In this document: positions 37,855 to 49,413 of the stretch, one piece after another
Numbering within the stretch: position 1 is the first letter of the stretch
Layout of the letters: every line of letters starts with the position of its first letter
From: Lama guanicoe
Taxonomy: Eukaryota
Assembly (NCBI GenBank): GCA_013239625.1
Contig: MU054117.1
Location: 2,044,011-2,108,010, forward strand
Length of the DNA: 64,000 nt
Reading direction: 5' to 3'
Notes under the pieces: model-generated
Seen by the model: only the letters and a program-made list of their open reading frames with translations
Told to the model about the DNA's origin: nothing
The model's database searches: none
Made by a program: the position numbers and the translations under genes

Positions 37855-39177
37855 GTAAGACAGCCTTTGGGGGGAGAGCTGGACGAAGTGGGGACAGCAG
37901 TGCAGGAGGGTGGATGGGCCATCAGCGCTGGAAGCGACTTCTCCCTGGGGCCTGAGAACCATTTAACGTTTCATTCATCCTCCTGGTGGATTCTAGAAAA
38001 TGCCAGCATTCCCAGAAATGCCGGCTCTTCCTTTCCGTTTCACACAAGGATAAACTGAGGTCCACGGCTGTTCCGACAGTCTGACCAACACCACGGTGTG
38101 AGTGCAGTGCCGCAGGCAGGTGCACGGCCGCCGGCAACAGTGCTGCCAAGCGCGGTGCCCTGTGCCACTGTGCAGATGCATCACAGGGTGTTGGACTGGT
38201 TACTCATTTCTTATTTTATCTTTGGGTTGTTTCCTAGGCAGTATTTTTAATAGCACAACAATCTTCAGTAAATAAATTTAGTAAATACATACGTATGAAC
38301 ATACATACACATACACGTACGTGTATATGTGTCCATACACACGTGGGTGTGCATAGAATTTACCTAACCGTGTAGAGTGCCTATAGCACACAATCTTCAA
38401 GGGAAGCCTTTTAAATTTTTGACAGAACAGCCCTCCCAGCACTGAAGTAACCCGTGTTGTCAGTGAAGTAGAGTGCTTATTTTCCCACCTCCTTATTAAC
38501 ACTGGATGTTATCAAGCTTTTAATTCTGTCTTCGTCCATGTGCTGGATTCAAATTGTATTTCATTGTTTTAAAAATAATGACAACACTGATAAGCACAGC
38601 GGTGATGCTAGCGGCCGCTCCGGAGCGCTCGCTCGCTTGGTGCCGGGCCCAGAGGGCTTCACATGTGTGGCCCGTTCAGGGCTCGCAAGAACCCCAGGAA
38701 GTAAGAACCACCATCATATTCATTTTTTCAGGTGAAACGGAAGCGCAGGAGGTTAAGAGGTCTGCCCAGGCTGGAAAGTGGTCAGGAGCTAGGGTTCAAG
38801 CCCAGGCAGCTGGGCTCTGGGGTCTGGAGTCTAAGTGCTGCTTATCTGGTCTCACCTGAGTCCCAGCAGTTCCCCTGAGTGCCCACTGTGCACAGCGGAT
38901 GAATGAGCCGGGGGTGGGGACGTGACCTCCAGGGGCTCACAGCCAGGCACTTAACATGTCCCAGTGGAGGGTCAACCACGGGTAGAGATGCCAGGGGCAT
39001 GGGGGCCCTGGAGGGACAGGGTGGGGGCCCTGGAAATATCTCCTGGAGGGTGTGGATTTTAAGCGGAATGTGGATGGAGTGTGTAGGCGGACTGGCCCGG
39101 ACTGGCCCAGACATGCCCGGAGAAAATCAGCTGCCCGCTGGTCCAGGGGGCTCGTGCTCTTCTGCTCTCACCCCCAG

Positions 39178-39348
39178 GCCACCTTCCTCTTCTCCCTGAT
39201 CAAGTACAGCCCGCTGACCTACAATAAGAAGTACATGTACCCGTGGTGGGGTGATGCCCTGGGCTGGCTCCTGGCTTTCTCCTCCATGGTCTGCATTCCC
39301 GCCTGGAGCTTCTACAAACTCAGCACACTCAAGGGCTCTTTCAGAGAG
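39178..39348 (+). CDS. SLC6A13: GAT-2 coding exon 13 (TM12)
   Basis: ATFLFSLIKYSPLTYNKKYMYPWWGDALGWLLAFSSMVCIPAWSFYKLSTLKGSFRE; |gtaggg; 171 nt. Confidence 0.96.
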
Positions 39349-39647
39349 GTAGGGGGCTAGTGGCGGGAAAGCAGGCAGATGAGCTGGGGTCCTCTTGTTG
39401 GTAGGTGGCTGCCTGCCTGGTAGAAGCTGGTACACAGGGGCGCCAGGGATCCTGGGGTGGGTATCGGGGAGGGACAGAGTGAGTGCTCAGAAGTCTTGGA
39501 AAGAGACAGGATGCCTCCAAGACCCTGGATGTGGTTATAGTGCAGGCACCTGGAGGGCACTTTTTGTATGGGATGCGCGATGAGGGATGCTGGCTGACCT
39601 GGCGCCTCGACTCCAGCTCATGATGGTCACCCCTACTTTCCTTGCAG

Positions 39648-39770
39648 AGAATTCGCCAGCTCATGTGTCCAGCGGAGGACCTGCCCCAGTGGGACCAAGC
39701 AGGACCCTCTGCCCCGGCCACACCCAGGACTTCACTTCTCATACTCACAGAACCGGAGTCCCACTGCTAG
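39648..39770 (+). CDS. SLC6A13: GAT-2 coding exon 14 (C-terminus, stop)
   Basis: ttgcag|AGA; RIRQLMCPAEDLPQWDQAGPSAPATPRTSLLILTEPESHC TAG; 123 nt. Confidence 0.95.
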   Translation, partial: RIRQLMCPAEDLPQWDQAGPSAPATPRTSLLILTEPESHC

Positions 39771-40081
39771 GGGGCAGCCCTGGGATGGCCCAGTGAGCCT
39801 GGCTGTGGAGACAGTGGTAGAAGCAAAGGGTGGAAGCAGCCCCCTGTGCTGCTTCCTGTGCTGCTATGCGCCCCACCTGGGGCAGACAAGACAAGAGGGG
39901 ACATTTTGGAATCCACCTTCTGAGGATGGCACACCCCCACCCTGACTCCCCTGCTCCAAGGGTGGCTGGATGGGTGTGAAGGGCCAGGATCTAAGCATCC
40001 CCTTTGAGAGGGGCCTTGGGATGGGAGGCTGGGAAAGCTGGGGAGTGGGGGTGAGAGCTCTGTTTGGCGTCCCTTCATTCT

Positions 40082-40087
40082 ATTAAA
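40082..40087 (+). terminator. Putative polyadenylation signal ATTAAA for SLC6A13
   Basis: First AWTAAA hexamer I find after the stop (~310 nt downstream), followed by U/GU-rich sequence. Confidence 0.6.
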
Positions 40088-40479
40088 TCCACGTTCTTCC
40101 AACCAGCTGCTAGCAGTTCCGCCTGGTTTCTGTGCCCCCCACCCTTGCTGCCTTGACCACCTCCCCACCCCTTCCCACACTGAGCTCTCCTTGTGGATCC
40201 TGAGCAGAGGGGTAGTGATGGGAGAGGGGAGATGGGGCCCAGCCGAAGTCCTCCATCATCAGACCCTCGGCCAGAGGGGTCGGCTCACCTCTGTCCCTGC
40301 CTCCCCCCCCCGCCCCAGTCCCTTGCCTCCTTCACTCTACGGAATAAGAAAGGCAATGGAGCAGGGAAAGAAGGAGGCACCCGGGTCCTCACTGGGGAAG
40401 GAGGAGGAAAGAGCGGTTGCGCTTCTTCCCGCCCGATTTCCCTTGCCGTGTCCTTGCCCGACCCCTCCTGGCCAAACCG

Positions 40480-40960
40480 TGTGCGCCCGGCCAGGGCCTG
40501 GCGTCAGGGGCGCAGGACAGGGACAGCAGTGACCGCAGGCCAGCGGCGGCAGGTCCACGGAGCCCCGGCAGGCAGGGCACTACCCGGCTCGGCCACCAGA
40601 GGGAGCCCGCCTCCTCGGGACCACCGAGCTCGGAGGGGGACGGGCGGACGCGGCCCCGAGGGCTGGCCCCGCCGCGACCTCCGCTCCGACGCGGGGCCGG
40701 GAGCGCGCAGAGGCGCCGCAGGGAGGAGCCAGGTGGAAGGCAGGGCCCGTCCGACGTGGGGGGGTCAGCGGGCATGGCCTTGGCCCCGAGGCGCCCGCAG
40801 GTGTGTCTCCCCGCGCACCCAGGGCAGGTGTGCGCGCCGGGCCGCGTGTCTGCAGGGGTGGAGACGGCGCCTCGCGGCTGCGTTTCTCCCGCACGTGCGC
40901 AGGCTCCGCGTCCGCCTGGGTCCCCACCTCTGCTCAGATGGCTCCTCTACAGGGCTGCGC
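40480..40960. promoter_or_regulatory. Intergenic CpG island with a CTCF-like motif
   Basis: Very dense CG dinucleotides; CCACCAGAGGGAGC at 40593-40606 has one mismatch to CCASYAGRKGGCRS. Confidence 0.6.
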
Positions 40961-43900
40961 ACGGGGAGCACCTGGGATCCTTGGAGCTGCAGACTGAGGG
41001 GCACAGCGCTCCCCGGTGATTTTCTTACTTCCGAAAGACTCTGAGCGGGAAAACGCACTGAAGCCTTCAGGTTTTGATTCTTTGTTGTTGTTGTTAAAAT
41101 CAGTGACAGCGGCCCTGCTGTGTGTGGCGGCTCCTTCCTGGACACTGACCCGCTGGGCGCCCCCTGTGTGCCAGGCTCATCCCAGTCCTAAGATGGGAGG
41201 GAGGTCTGCTGGAGGAACATGCCAGAACTCCAGACACCACCACTGGCGTCTGCACCCGTCTGAGAACACTTCCAGACACCTGCTGGGCTCCGCTCAGGAC
41301 ACACCGGAGCAAATACAGACAGATCTTATGAAGGATGACTGATGACACGTGCTGTGGAAGAGAAGCAGAGTGTGTGGGACGGAGTAAGTGGGTGTGGGAA
41401 GGGCTTAGATGATCTGGGTTTGGGGGTCTGGGGAGGCCGCTCTGAGGGTGAGCTATGTCCCTCCCTCTGATCAAAACTGCAGGAACCTGCTGGGCCAAGG
41501 GAGGGTGGCAGGTGGTTGATCTGAGGGCTTACTGAATGGTGCCATAGAGGGAGAGAATTATCCGCTGGCCCCAGGATTGGGAGATGTGGGTTCTAGTCCT
41601 GACCTGCCTTGAACGTCTGTGTTTCTCTGTGGAATTCAGGTCTTCATTTTTTGCAGAAGGAGATAACACTGTGCACCCCGCCTACATACAGGCTTGTGGT
41701 GGGCCTCGCTGAGGTCACAGGAGTGAGGGCCCCATGGTGAGGTCATCAGACCAGTGGCAGAACTGGCTGAGGGGGAGGTGCTCTAAAAAGCCAGGGGTCA
41801 GGTCAGGGGAGGGAGCTGGAATCCCTGCACTTGGCCTTAGCCCCTCTGATGGGATGGTGGGGGCAGGGCCGCTTTGAGCCCCCTGTGCTTTCATTGCCTG
41901 GAAGGGCAAATTGGGAGCCTGCAGCTCCCAGAAGAAGGAGACGTGAGGGGAAGGGGAGCCGTTTGCCTAGAGGCCACACCTGTGAGAGAAGAAGATGGGC
42001 AGGCAGGGGTAGCTGGAAGGAGGGAGGAAAGCAGGTGCCTGGGGGTTACCACGGGAGCCGGGGGAGGCTGCAGAGCCATGGCTTGGGCACCCGGCCCACC
42101 AGGCTGCCTTGGGGCCTCAGGCCTCATTCTTCAGACTGTGCACACACGCACACTCAGGTCTCAGATTCAGGCATCTGCACACACACAGTCCCTCCCTCTC
42201 CTCGGGTAATTGCACAAACCCAGACACCGCAGTCTGCCAGGCACACTCCTGGCGGGGGTCATACTCACTGTGTGACCTTGAGCAAGTTCATCTCTCGGAT
42301 CCTTAATTTTCTCCTCTATAAAATGGGAATAATAGTATTTACATCCTTCTGTTGTGAGAGTCAGTGGAGGGTGTAAAGAGAGCAGCTTTGGGGACATATT
42401 TCAAGCAAATCCATCCTATTTCCCATGACTCCAGCCTCCCTGCCACCCCACTCCCCGCCTAACACACTCACACATAGGCTGTCCGTGAAATGGAAAAGCC
42501 CAGAAAGAGATCAGAGACATGCTTGCTGTCCCTTGGCTTCCCCAGTCTCAGACATTAGGTTGTACTGGGCCCCAGAAAGCAGGTTACACATTTTTAGCTA
42601 AGCGTTGTTGCCAGGAGGCAAGGGAGGGGTAGAGCTAAAATACCCCTGCATCCCAAGGCCTTTGGGTCCTGCTCAGCACTGGCAGTTTTGTCCAAGAAAA
42701 GCAAGACCTGAGTCCTCCAAGCCCTAGTCTAGCTCCTGGTTCTGGGAGAGCAGCTCCCTCCCAGATGAGGGAAAGCTGGGATTATTATTTCCCCTCAAGT
42801 TGCATCCATCCGTCCATCCATCTCCCCTCATCCATCCATCCATCCGAGTATCTGCTCTGAGCCAGCTCTGTATAAAATGCTAGAGGCAGGAACAGAGGAT
42901 TATGGAATGGCCCCCCGCCCTTTAGATGCTCCTGGTCCAGGAGACAGTACCCTGCTGTGGAACGAGCATGGACTTTCGGAGCCAAGGGGCCCAGCTGCGA
43001 ATCCTAGCACCCTCATTTACTAGTGTGCGGCCTTAGGACCCATTGTTTAACTTCTGTTCACCCCAGTTTTCTCACCTGCAACATGGGCTGCTCTTTCCTA
43101 CATTTCATGTTCTTGTGAGGACAAAACAGGGTGACATGTGAGGCTCCTCGCCTGAGTTAGAGGGGCTCGGGGACTGGGTTCCACGCCAGGCCCCTGAAAG
43201 CACGCACAGGTTAGGAGGTGATTATGCTGAGGAACGGTTTTCTCTGCAGTGAGATAACAGGTTCATTTAACCATATTTCATCTCGACTCTGGACCCTTCC
43301 CAATATGGCAACAGCCCAGTCTTAGGTTGGCTTTCCAGGTAATTTAGGGACTCCTACCTTTTGCAAAGATGGAGGTCTCCAGCCTCCAGGAGTTGACCAG
43401 TTGTTCTAGACGCCTGGCCTGGGGGGCTAGGTGCTGGGGGGTCGGGTGGGCTTGAGTCAGGGAGGCAGGTCAAGCAAGGCAGCTCTTCTCATATAAGGTG
43501 AGGAGAAGGTGACAAGGCTGCCCAGGTCCTCACACACCATGGGTCCGAAGTACATTTTGAATGAATGACTGAGCTGGGAAATTCAACCCCTGCCTAGCCT
43601 GGCCCCCTTCCCTCTCCTCCCCTTCCCGGAGGGGCTGGATCTCTCATTCCTCGTTCTGCAGCAGCTGCAGCCAGGGAATCCGCAGGGCCTTTGGTGTCCC
43701 CTCTGCAGCGAGCTGCATGGCTGACACTCGGTGGGCCTGACATGCAGGGACAGGGCAGACGAGGGGGCAGCTGAGTGCGGGCCGTGTGGACCCCCGCTGG
43801 AGCTGACTCCCGCCCTCCGGCTTCTGGTCTCCCTAGGGCGAAGGGTCTGAGCTGGGATTTCTCTGGCCTCCTCTCCAGGGGGAGCCCCGCAGGGGCTGCT

Positions 43901-44620
43901 GAGAGGGGCCTGAGAGGCGGGGAGCGGGGTGCTTGATGGAAAACTACAGACAGAGGCTGTCACTTCACACCCGGCCCTGCTGGGAAGTGCTGAGCTACAA
44001 AGGGGAAGCGCGGGCTGAGGGAAATTTCCCTTCCTCCCCGCAGCCTCTCCTCCCCCACACCACCTGGGGCTGAAGGAGCGTCTCTATGGTCCCGAAGGGG
44101 GCGCCAGCTGTTCTGGATGGATGGCCACGGACGGTCCGGTGCCAGTGCGCGAGGACACGTCAGGAACAGCGATGAGGACCCTCTCTGGAGAAGCTCATCG
44201 GCACGGGCAGGGGACGCAGGCGCTTACCCAACAAGTCCCACTTCACCCCTGACGCCTGGCAGGCTGTCAGACAAGTCCCAGCCTGCCGAGGTCACCGAGC
44301 ATCGCTGCTGCTGCGCGGGGCTGGACACCCCGGCACCCCAGCCCCTCTTCCAGAAGCCTCGCAGTAAACCAAACATCGCCACCTCCCCTGAAGCACCAGC
44401 AGCCCCCTGAGCAGTTTCCCATGTTGTCTGTAGCCCTCACAGCAACTCCACCAAGTGAGTGGTGTTACCCAACCTTCACAGGTTGGAGGGCAGGGGCTCA
44501 GATGCCCGGCGATGAGAGCCGTAGATGATAGAGGGGCGGGCCAGTCTCAGGTCTGTCTGCCCGCAAACCTGTGTCCTTTCTAGATTATGCTTCTTGAGGT
44601 TTGCTCTGGGCACTGTCTCT

Positions 44621-44709
44621 AGGAAAATCCCAAGGAAAAGGGTTGTGGCTGTGGAGGTCCAGAGCCTTGCCTTGAAACCACAGAGGGCAGGTACTGGGTG
44701 GAAAACTCC
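44621..44709 (+). promoter_or_regulatory. Paired tonicity-responsive enhancer (TonE; NFAT5/TonEBP) sites of the SLC6A12 upstream promoter
   Basis: TGGAAAACTCC at 44699-44709 fits TGGAAANNYNY. Its context TACTGGGTGGAAAACTCCAG resembles the canine BGT1 TonE as I recall it (TACTTGGTGGAAAAGTCCAG). A weaker AGGAAAATCCC lies 78 bp upstream at 44621-44631. Confidence 0.75.
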
Positions 44710-44759
44710 AGCGCGTGATTCACCCTCCTCCCCTGCCCTCGTCAGCCAGGCCAACTCCC

Positions 44760-44871
44760 CTCCCGAGATCTCAGATCTCCGTTTCCAGCCTGGGGGTTGC
44801 TGGTGCCCATCCTGTCCACCTACATCTCCTCTTCCCTCCGGAGGACGAGGAGCCGGCACCAGAGGGGGCAG
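44760..44871 (+). other. SLC6A12: Putative non-coding first exon of SLC6A12 (start approximate)
   Basis: Lies just downstream of the TonE; ends at donor CAG|GTGAGA (44871/44872). Confidence 0.5.
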
Positions 44872-46349
44872 GTGAGAGGGGGCAAAGTTGGGGAGATGAG
44901 GGTTGGTGTGCGTCTCAGAGCCCAGCTCTGGAGGGGTCGTCCTGGGACAGGGCCCAGTGTGGGAGCTCGGCCGGCGGGAGTCAGGGAGGGGGCTGGGGAC
45001 AGAGGACTGGACTTCCTGAGGTTGGATGTTATAATCCTGGTTCACAAACTTCTGGCTTCAGTCTCTCCTGTCGCTTGTGGTGTTTCTCTGCCCCTTCACT
45101 TCCAGTACCTCCGCTCATCCACGTGGGCGCGCGCACACACACACAATCGCTTTCTGTCTGGGCATCCCAGGACCACAGCTTGGTGGGATTCTGAGCTGAG
45201 AGGAACAGGAGAAGGAGCGAAGCGGGGGAATCGGTCTCGTAGTGGCTTCCCTGGGGCTCTGCTGAGGCATGAGGCGCGGGCTGAGCAGAGGTGGGCAGGA
45301 GGGCAGCCGGTCTGCTAGGTGGAGAGTGTGTGGAGGAGCCGAGGGCGGACACCCGGGAGGGAGACCTGGGGAGGCCTGTGTGTCTGTGCCGGAAACAGCT
45401 CAGTAGAAAGTCTAGTGTTTGAGAATCTTACACCTTGAGAATCTTACAAGGGTGTCCCCCCCACCGCACCATCCACAGCATCTGAGCTACTCGGGGAAGC
45501 TCCGGTAGCAGGAAAGTCCAGAGACGGGACGGGGGTTGCTGGCCACAGGGAGTGGGTGAGAGAGGAGGGAGGGGGAGGCAGACGGAGCCCAGCAGGTGGG
45601 AAGGAAGTGCAGGCAGGAGAAGGGCCGATCTGCTCAGCGGTTGCAGGGAGGGGCTCCTGCCGCCCCGCCAGGCCAGGCGTGTCTCCCCGAAGGAGGAAGT
45701 GCCGGGAACTTGGCTGGGGGGCGGGGGGCCGGGGCGAGCTTGTGCCCTGGGGGCAACGAGGGCCTAGGCGGCCACTGGCCCAGCCGGGCGGCCCGTGGGG
45801 TGTCAGGTTTTGGTGCCGTGCACACAGGTATGTGTGTGCAAAGGGACGTGACGGCCGGCACCAGCGTGTGTACGGAAATGGCAGCTGGTATGTGGGTGTG
45901 GGCTGAAGCCGGGGCTGGGGCGTCCCAGCCACCCCCACCCCCACCGGATCCGGGGTCATTCCCATGTGGGGCTGGGGCGGGTAGACGCTGGCGGGGCCTC
46001 TGTCTACGTGCCCAGCTCCTGAAGACAGAGACCTTCAGACCTGTTAGCCTCTTGAAGACTTCCTTCACGGGCAGTGCTGAGCCCAGCGTGGGTGTAGGTG
46101 TCTTGGCTTCTGGGGGGCACTGCCCTGTGGTGAGGTCCGCCCCACGCCCCCGTACCCTGCCCAGGCTTAGCAGAGCAGGTGAGCAGCCTGGGCCTAGGGG
46201 CTGGAGAGGTGACAGAGCCGGGTGAACCCTTGGGACGGGGGAGATGTCCGGAAGTCATCTGGACTGTGGACGGCACTGTTGTTTAAGTATTCCTGGCACA
46301 GTGGGGCCACGGAGGGTGGCAGGAGGGTAGGATGCTGTGTTTTTGGCTT

Positions 46350-46483
46350 TTATTCTTTTTATTATTTTTTAAATTTATTTTTGGGGGTGATAACTAGGTT
46401 TTTTTGAACAGAGGGACTGGAGATCGAACCTGGGACCTCGTGCATGCTAAGCACACACCCTACCCCTGAGCTACGCCCTCCCC
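46350..46483 (-). mobile_element. tRNA-derived SINE (Vic-1-like)
   Basis: Reverse complement of the head (gaacctgggacctcgtgcatgctaagc...tgagctacgccctcccc) with T-rich tail on the left. Confidence 0.85.
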
Positions 46484-47108
46484 GCTCCTTTCGGCTTTAA
46501 AAGTAACTCAGGAAAGGAGAGCTCAGCACAGCTCGCTTTTATGTCTAACATCCTCCTGGAGATTTCTTCCCTGGGTCTCACTTGACTCCCACTTGTGGCA
46601 GTTTGTCTGTTTCCCGTTGACTTGCCATGGCTCTGGGCCAGCTTTCCTTTTCATTTGCTCTTGCTCTGATTCTGCCATTCCGGGTTTTCGTTCTTACCCA
46701 TAAATTGTGCTCCTCTCAATAACCTTTTTAAAATAAAAATGTCACATCAGTGTCAGTTTATCTGTGTTCTCTGCTCCCAAATCCTGCGCCCACCCTGGGC
46801 TCTGGGGTTCGCTTCCCCGTCCTGTGCGCTCCCCGGTTTTCCTTCCACTTACTTCTTTCCCAGGCAGGTCTCCCCGTCTCCAGCTGCTGGGGACAGCATG
46901 GCCCTCCCTGAAACAGCTACCTCTGGTCTGGGGACAGGGAGGCTTGTATCCTGGCCACCCCACTGGTGACCCTATGCTCAGGTCCCGAGCTGGGCTTCCC
47001 TCCAGCGTGGCAAGTCACGGCGGTATCTCTCCTTGTCCTTTGTGTGTCTCATTTGTACCCCCCGCCCTCCCATCTCCTCTGTTGAGTGGTGGTCATTCTC
47101 TCTTCCAG

Positions 47109-47192
47109 GGAGACTTAAAGCCCAGAGAGGAGGTGTGATTTGCCTAAGGTCACACAGCAACGTGGAAGCTCAGCTCCGAACTCACTGTGCAG
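47109..47192 (+). other. SLC6A12: Putative 84-nt 5'UTR internal exon of SLC6A12, MIR-derived
   Basis: Acceptor cattctctcttccag| and consensus donor CAG|GTAAGT; body matches the MIR core (cccagagagg...tgatttgcctaaggtcacacagc); no ATG. Confidence 0.65.
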
Positions 47193-49202
47193 GTAAGTTT
47201 GGTCAAACGATTCCAAATTAGTTTACTGAGCACCTGGGGGTGTCAGGTCCTGTTCCTTAATCTCTCTGAGCTTCACTTCCTCGTTTATCAAGTGGAGTTA
47301 ATAGCGATTCCTACATCAAAGATTTCTGTGAAGACGAAACTTACTAATGAATGTGAGACGTGTATGTTTTCAGCACAGTGCTGACTCAAATGTTAGCTTT
47401 TACTGTTATTAGCCAGTCTGGACTGGACCCTGGGCTTCCTGTCTGATGCTGCTTCTTCGCCTGTGTGTTTGAGTCTATTCATTCATTCATCCATCATTTA
47501 TTCATTTGATAGTGGCTCAGGGGCCGTTCCTTGGTGTCCCAGACCCACGTCTGCAGCAGCAGGCACAGCTGGATTCAGGGGTCGCCAGGGCTTCATCTGG
47601 GCCCGGACTGCCCTGTTCTTCGCGCCCGAGGCTTGCTGCTCAGAGCCCCTGGGCTCTGGCCGCCTTCTCTGGGCCCGGAGCTCTTGCTTCCCTTCTTCTC
47701 CTGCGCTCCTGTCTTACACCAGAGCTGAGGCCTTCCGTTTCCACTGGGTGCCTCTCTCTTCACCTGCCCTCCTGGGCTGAGCTGGCCTCTGACTAGGTCC
47801 CAATACCAGAATTTCACCCCGACCTGCTTTCCCATTCCCGGGATAACCTGCACCCTCCAAGTCACCTTCAAAAATTTCCATAACCTCAAATGGCCCTGCC
47901 ACGCCTTTCTAACTGACTCGGGCTTGGGCTGTTGCCTGGGTTAAAAGGACCAACAAGTAAACACAGGCTCTTCTTTTAATAAAAAGAATCCCTTGTGTTT
48001 CTCTCGAGCCTTGGAGGAGCAGAGCCTCGCAGCTCCTGGTCACTCTGATTCCCCAGCGCCCCTCGGAGGTGGAGGCGAGGGTGTGGGGGGTGCCGCCCTC
48101 TGCAGCCCGGCACCTCCTCCTGGCAGCTCCTGGAACCCAGGCGGAGGTGGAGGTGGCCTCAGGCAGAGTGTGGGGAGGGGAAGGCAGACAGGGGTTCCAG
48201 ATAGAGCACTGCAGACATCAGTTTACCTCCTGGCAGTGGACAAAGGGACCACGAGAGGGACAGAGCGGAGTTGAGAGTGGCTGCGTCATCCTTCTGAAAG
48301 TCCAGGGAGCTCCTGGCTCCTTGAGAGGTCAGGGAGTCGGGAAGGGCAGTGACCTGCCGTGATCGGCAGTCACTTCTGGGTCTCCCTGGAGGGGACCACT
48401 CAGATCCAGAGGGGACCACTCAAGTGAGGATCCCTCTGGTGTCCCTTTCTGCCACTAGGACCTCCGCCTGCTCTCAGGTCAGAAGTAAGACCGAGAGGAA
48501 AGGAACCAGACTTCCCTCGAAGGCCTGCCCTGGCCCTGGCCCTGGCCCCTGGCCCTATCCTCCGCTCCCCTCCCAATCAGGTGCCCAGAGCCTGTGGCCT
48601 CCCACGTTTACCCTAGGGGGACCGATCACCAGGCGCAGGGATGAGCACGCAGCCAGCCCGGCTCGGGGAAGACCATGCAGCCACCTGGTCTCACCTGCCC
48701 CTTGATCTCCTGACACCCTGGTAGCTTTTGATCCCTCTGTCCTGGAGGCCAGAGGCTGGGCAGGTGCCACACACTGGGCACTGAGGAGCTGGGGCAGACG
48801 GGCCAGTGGCAATGACGACTGGCTGTAAAGACCAAAAAGGATTTGGGATAAAAGTCCCCAAGCCTGGGCTTTAATCCCAGTGGACTCCCAAGGGCTCAGG
48901 CAGCCCACTGCATCTGTCACAGCCTGGATTTTCCCATCTGCAAAATGGGCAAGCTAAGGCTTCCTCCCTAGTTGTCCTCAGAGTCCTGAGAGCAAAGTGT
49001 AACTTTAGGTGTAAATGTCATGGAGGAGTCTGGAAGAAAATCAACAGTCCAGCAGCGACATTAAACATGAAAGAGACGTTCAGACATCGGGAAAGACTAG
49101 GATGGAGAGGGCAGGGATGGCGGGGCGGCCAGCTCATTCCCTGTCCTCCCCGCAGGCTGTGTGCCCCTCGGCGTCCTGCGGCCTCCCAGTCCAGCCACGG
49201 CT

Positions 49203-49413
49203 ATGAACAGAAAAGCAGCGGTCCACGAGGATGGGTCTCCCGTGGTCTCCTGGGTCCCCGAGGAGGGGGACAAGGACCAGGAAGGCGGGGACCACATCAA
49301 GCATCGGGGCCAGTGGACCAACAAGATGGAGTTTGTGCTGTCGGTGGCGGGCGAGATCATCGGGCTGGGCAACGTCTGGAGGTTCCCCTACCTCTGCTAC
49401 AAAAACGGGGGCG
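49203..49413 (+). CDS. SLC6A12: BGT-1 coding exon 1 (exon starts at acceptor 49156; N-terminus, TM1)
   Basis: [22 protein letters not shown]...[35 protein letters not shown]|gtgagt. Confidence 0.96.

Noticed and set aside
40191..41145. Long overlapping ORFs (up to 283 aa) in the intergenic region
   Set aside because: Stop-poor CpG island; ORFs open in many frames with Arg/Gly/Pro/Ala-rich, domain-less translations.
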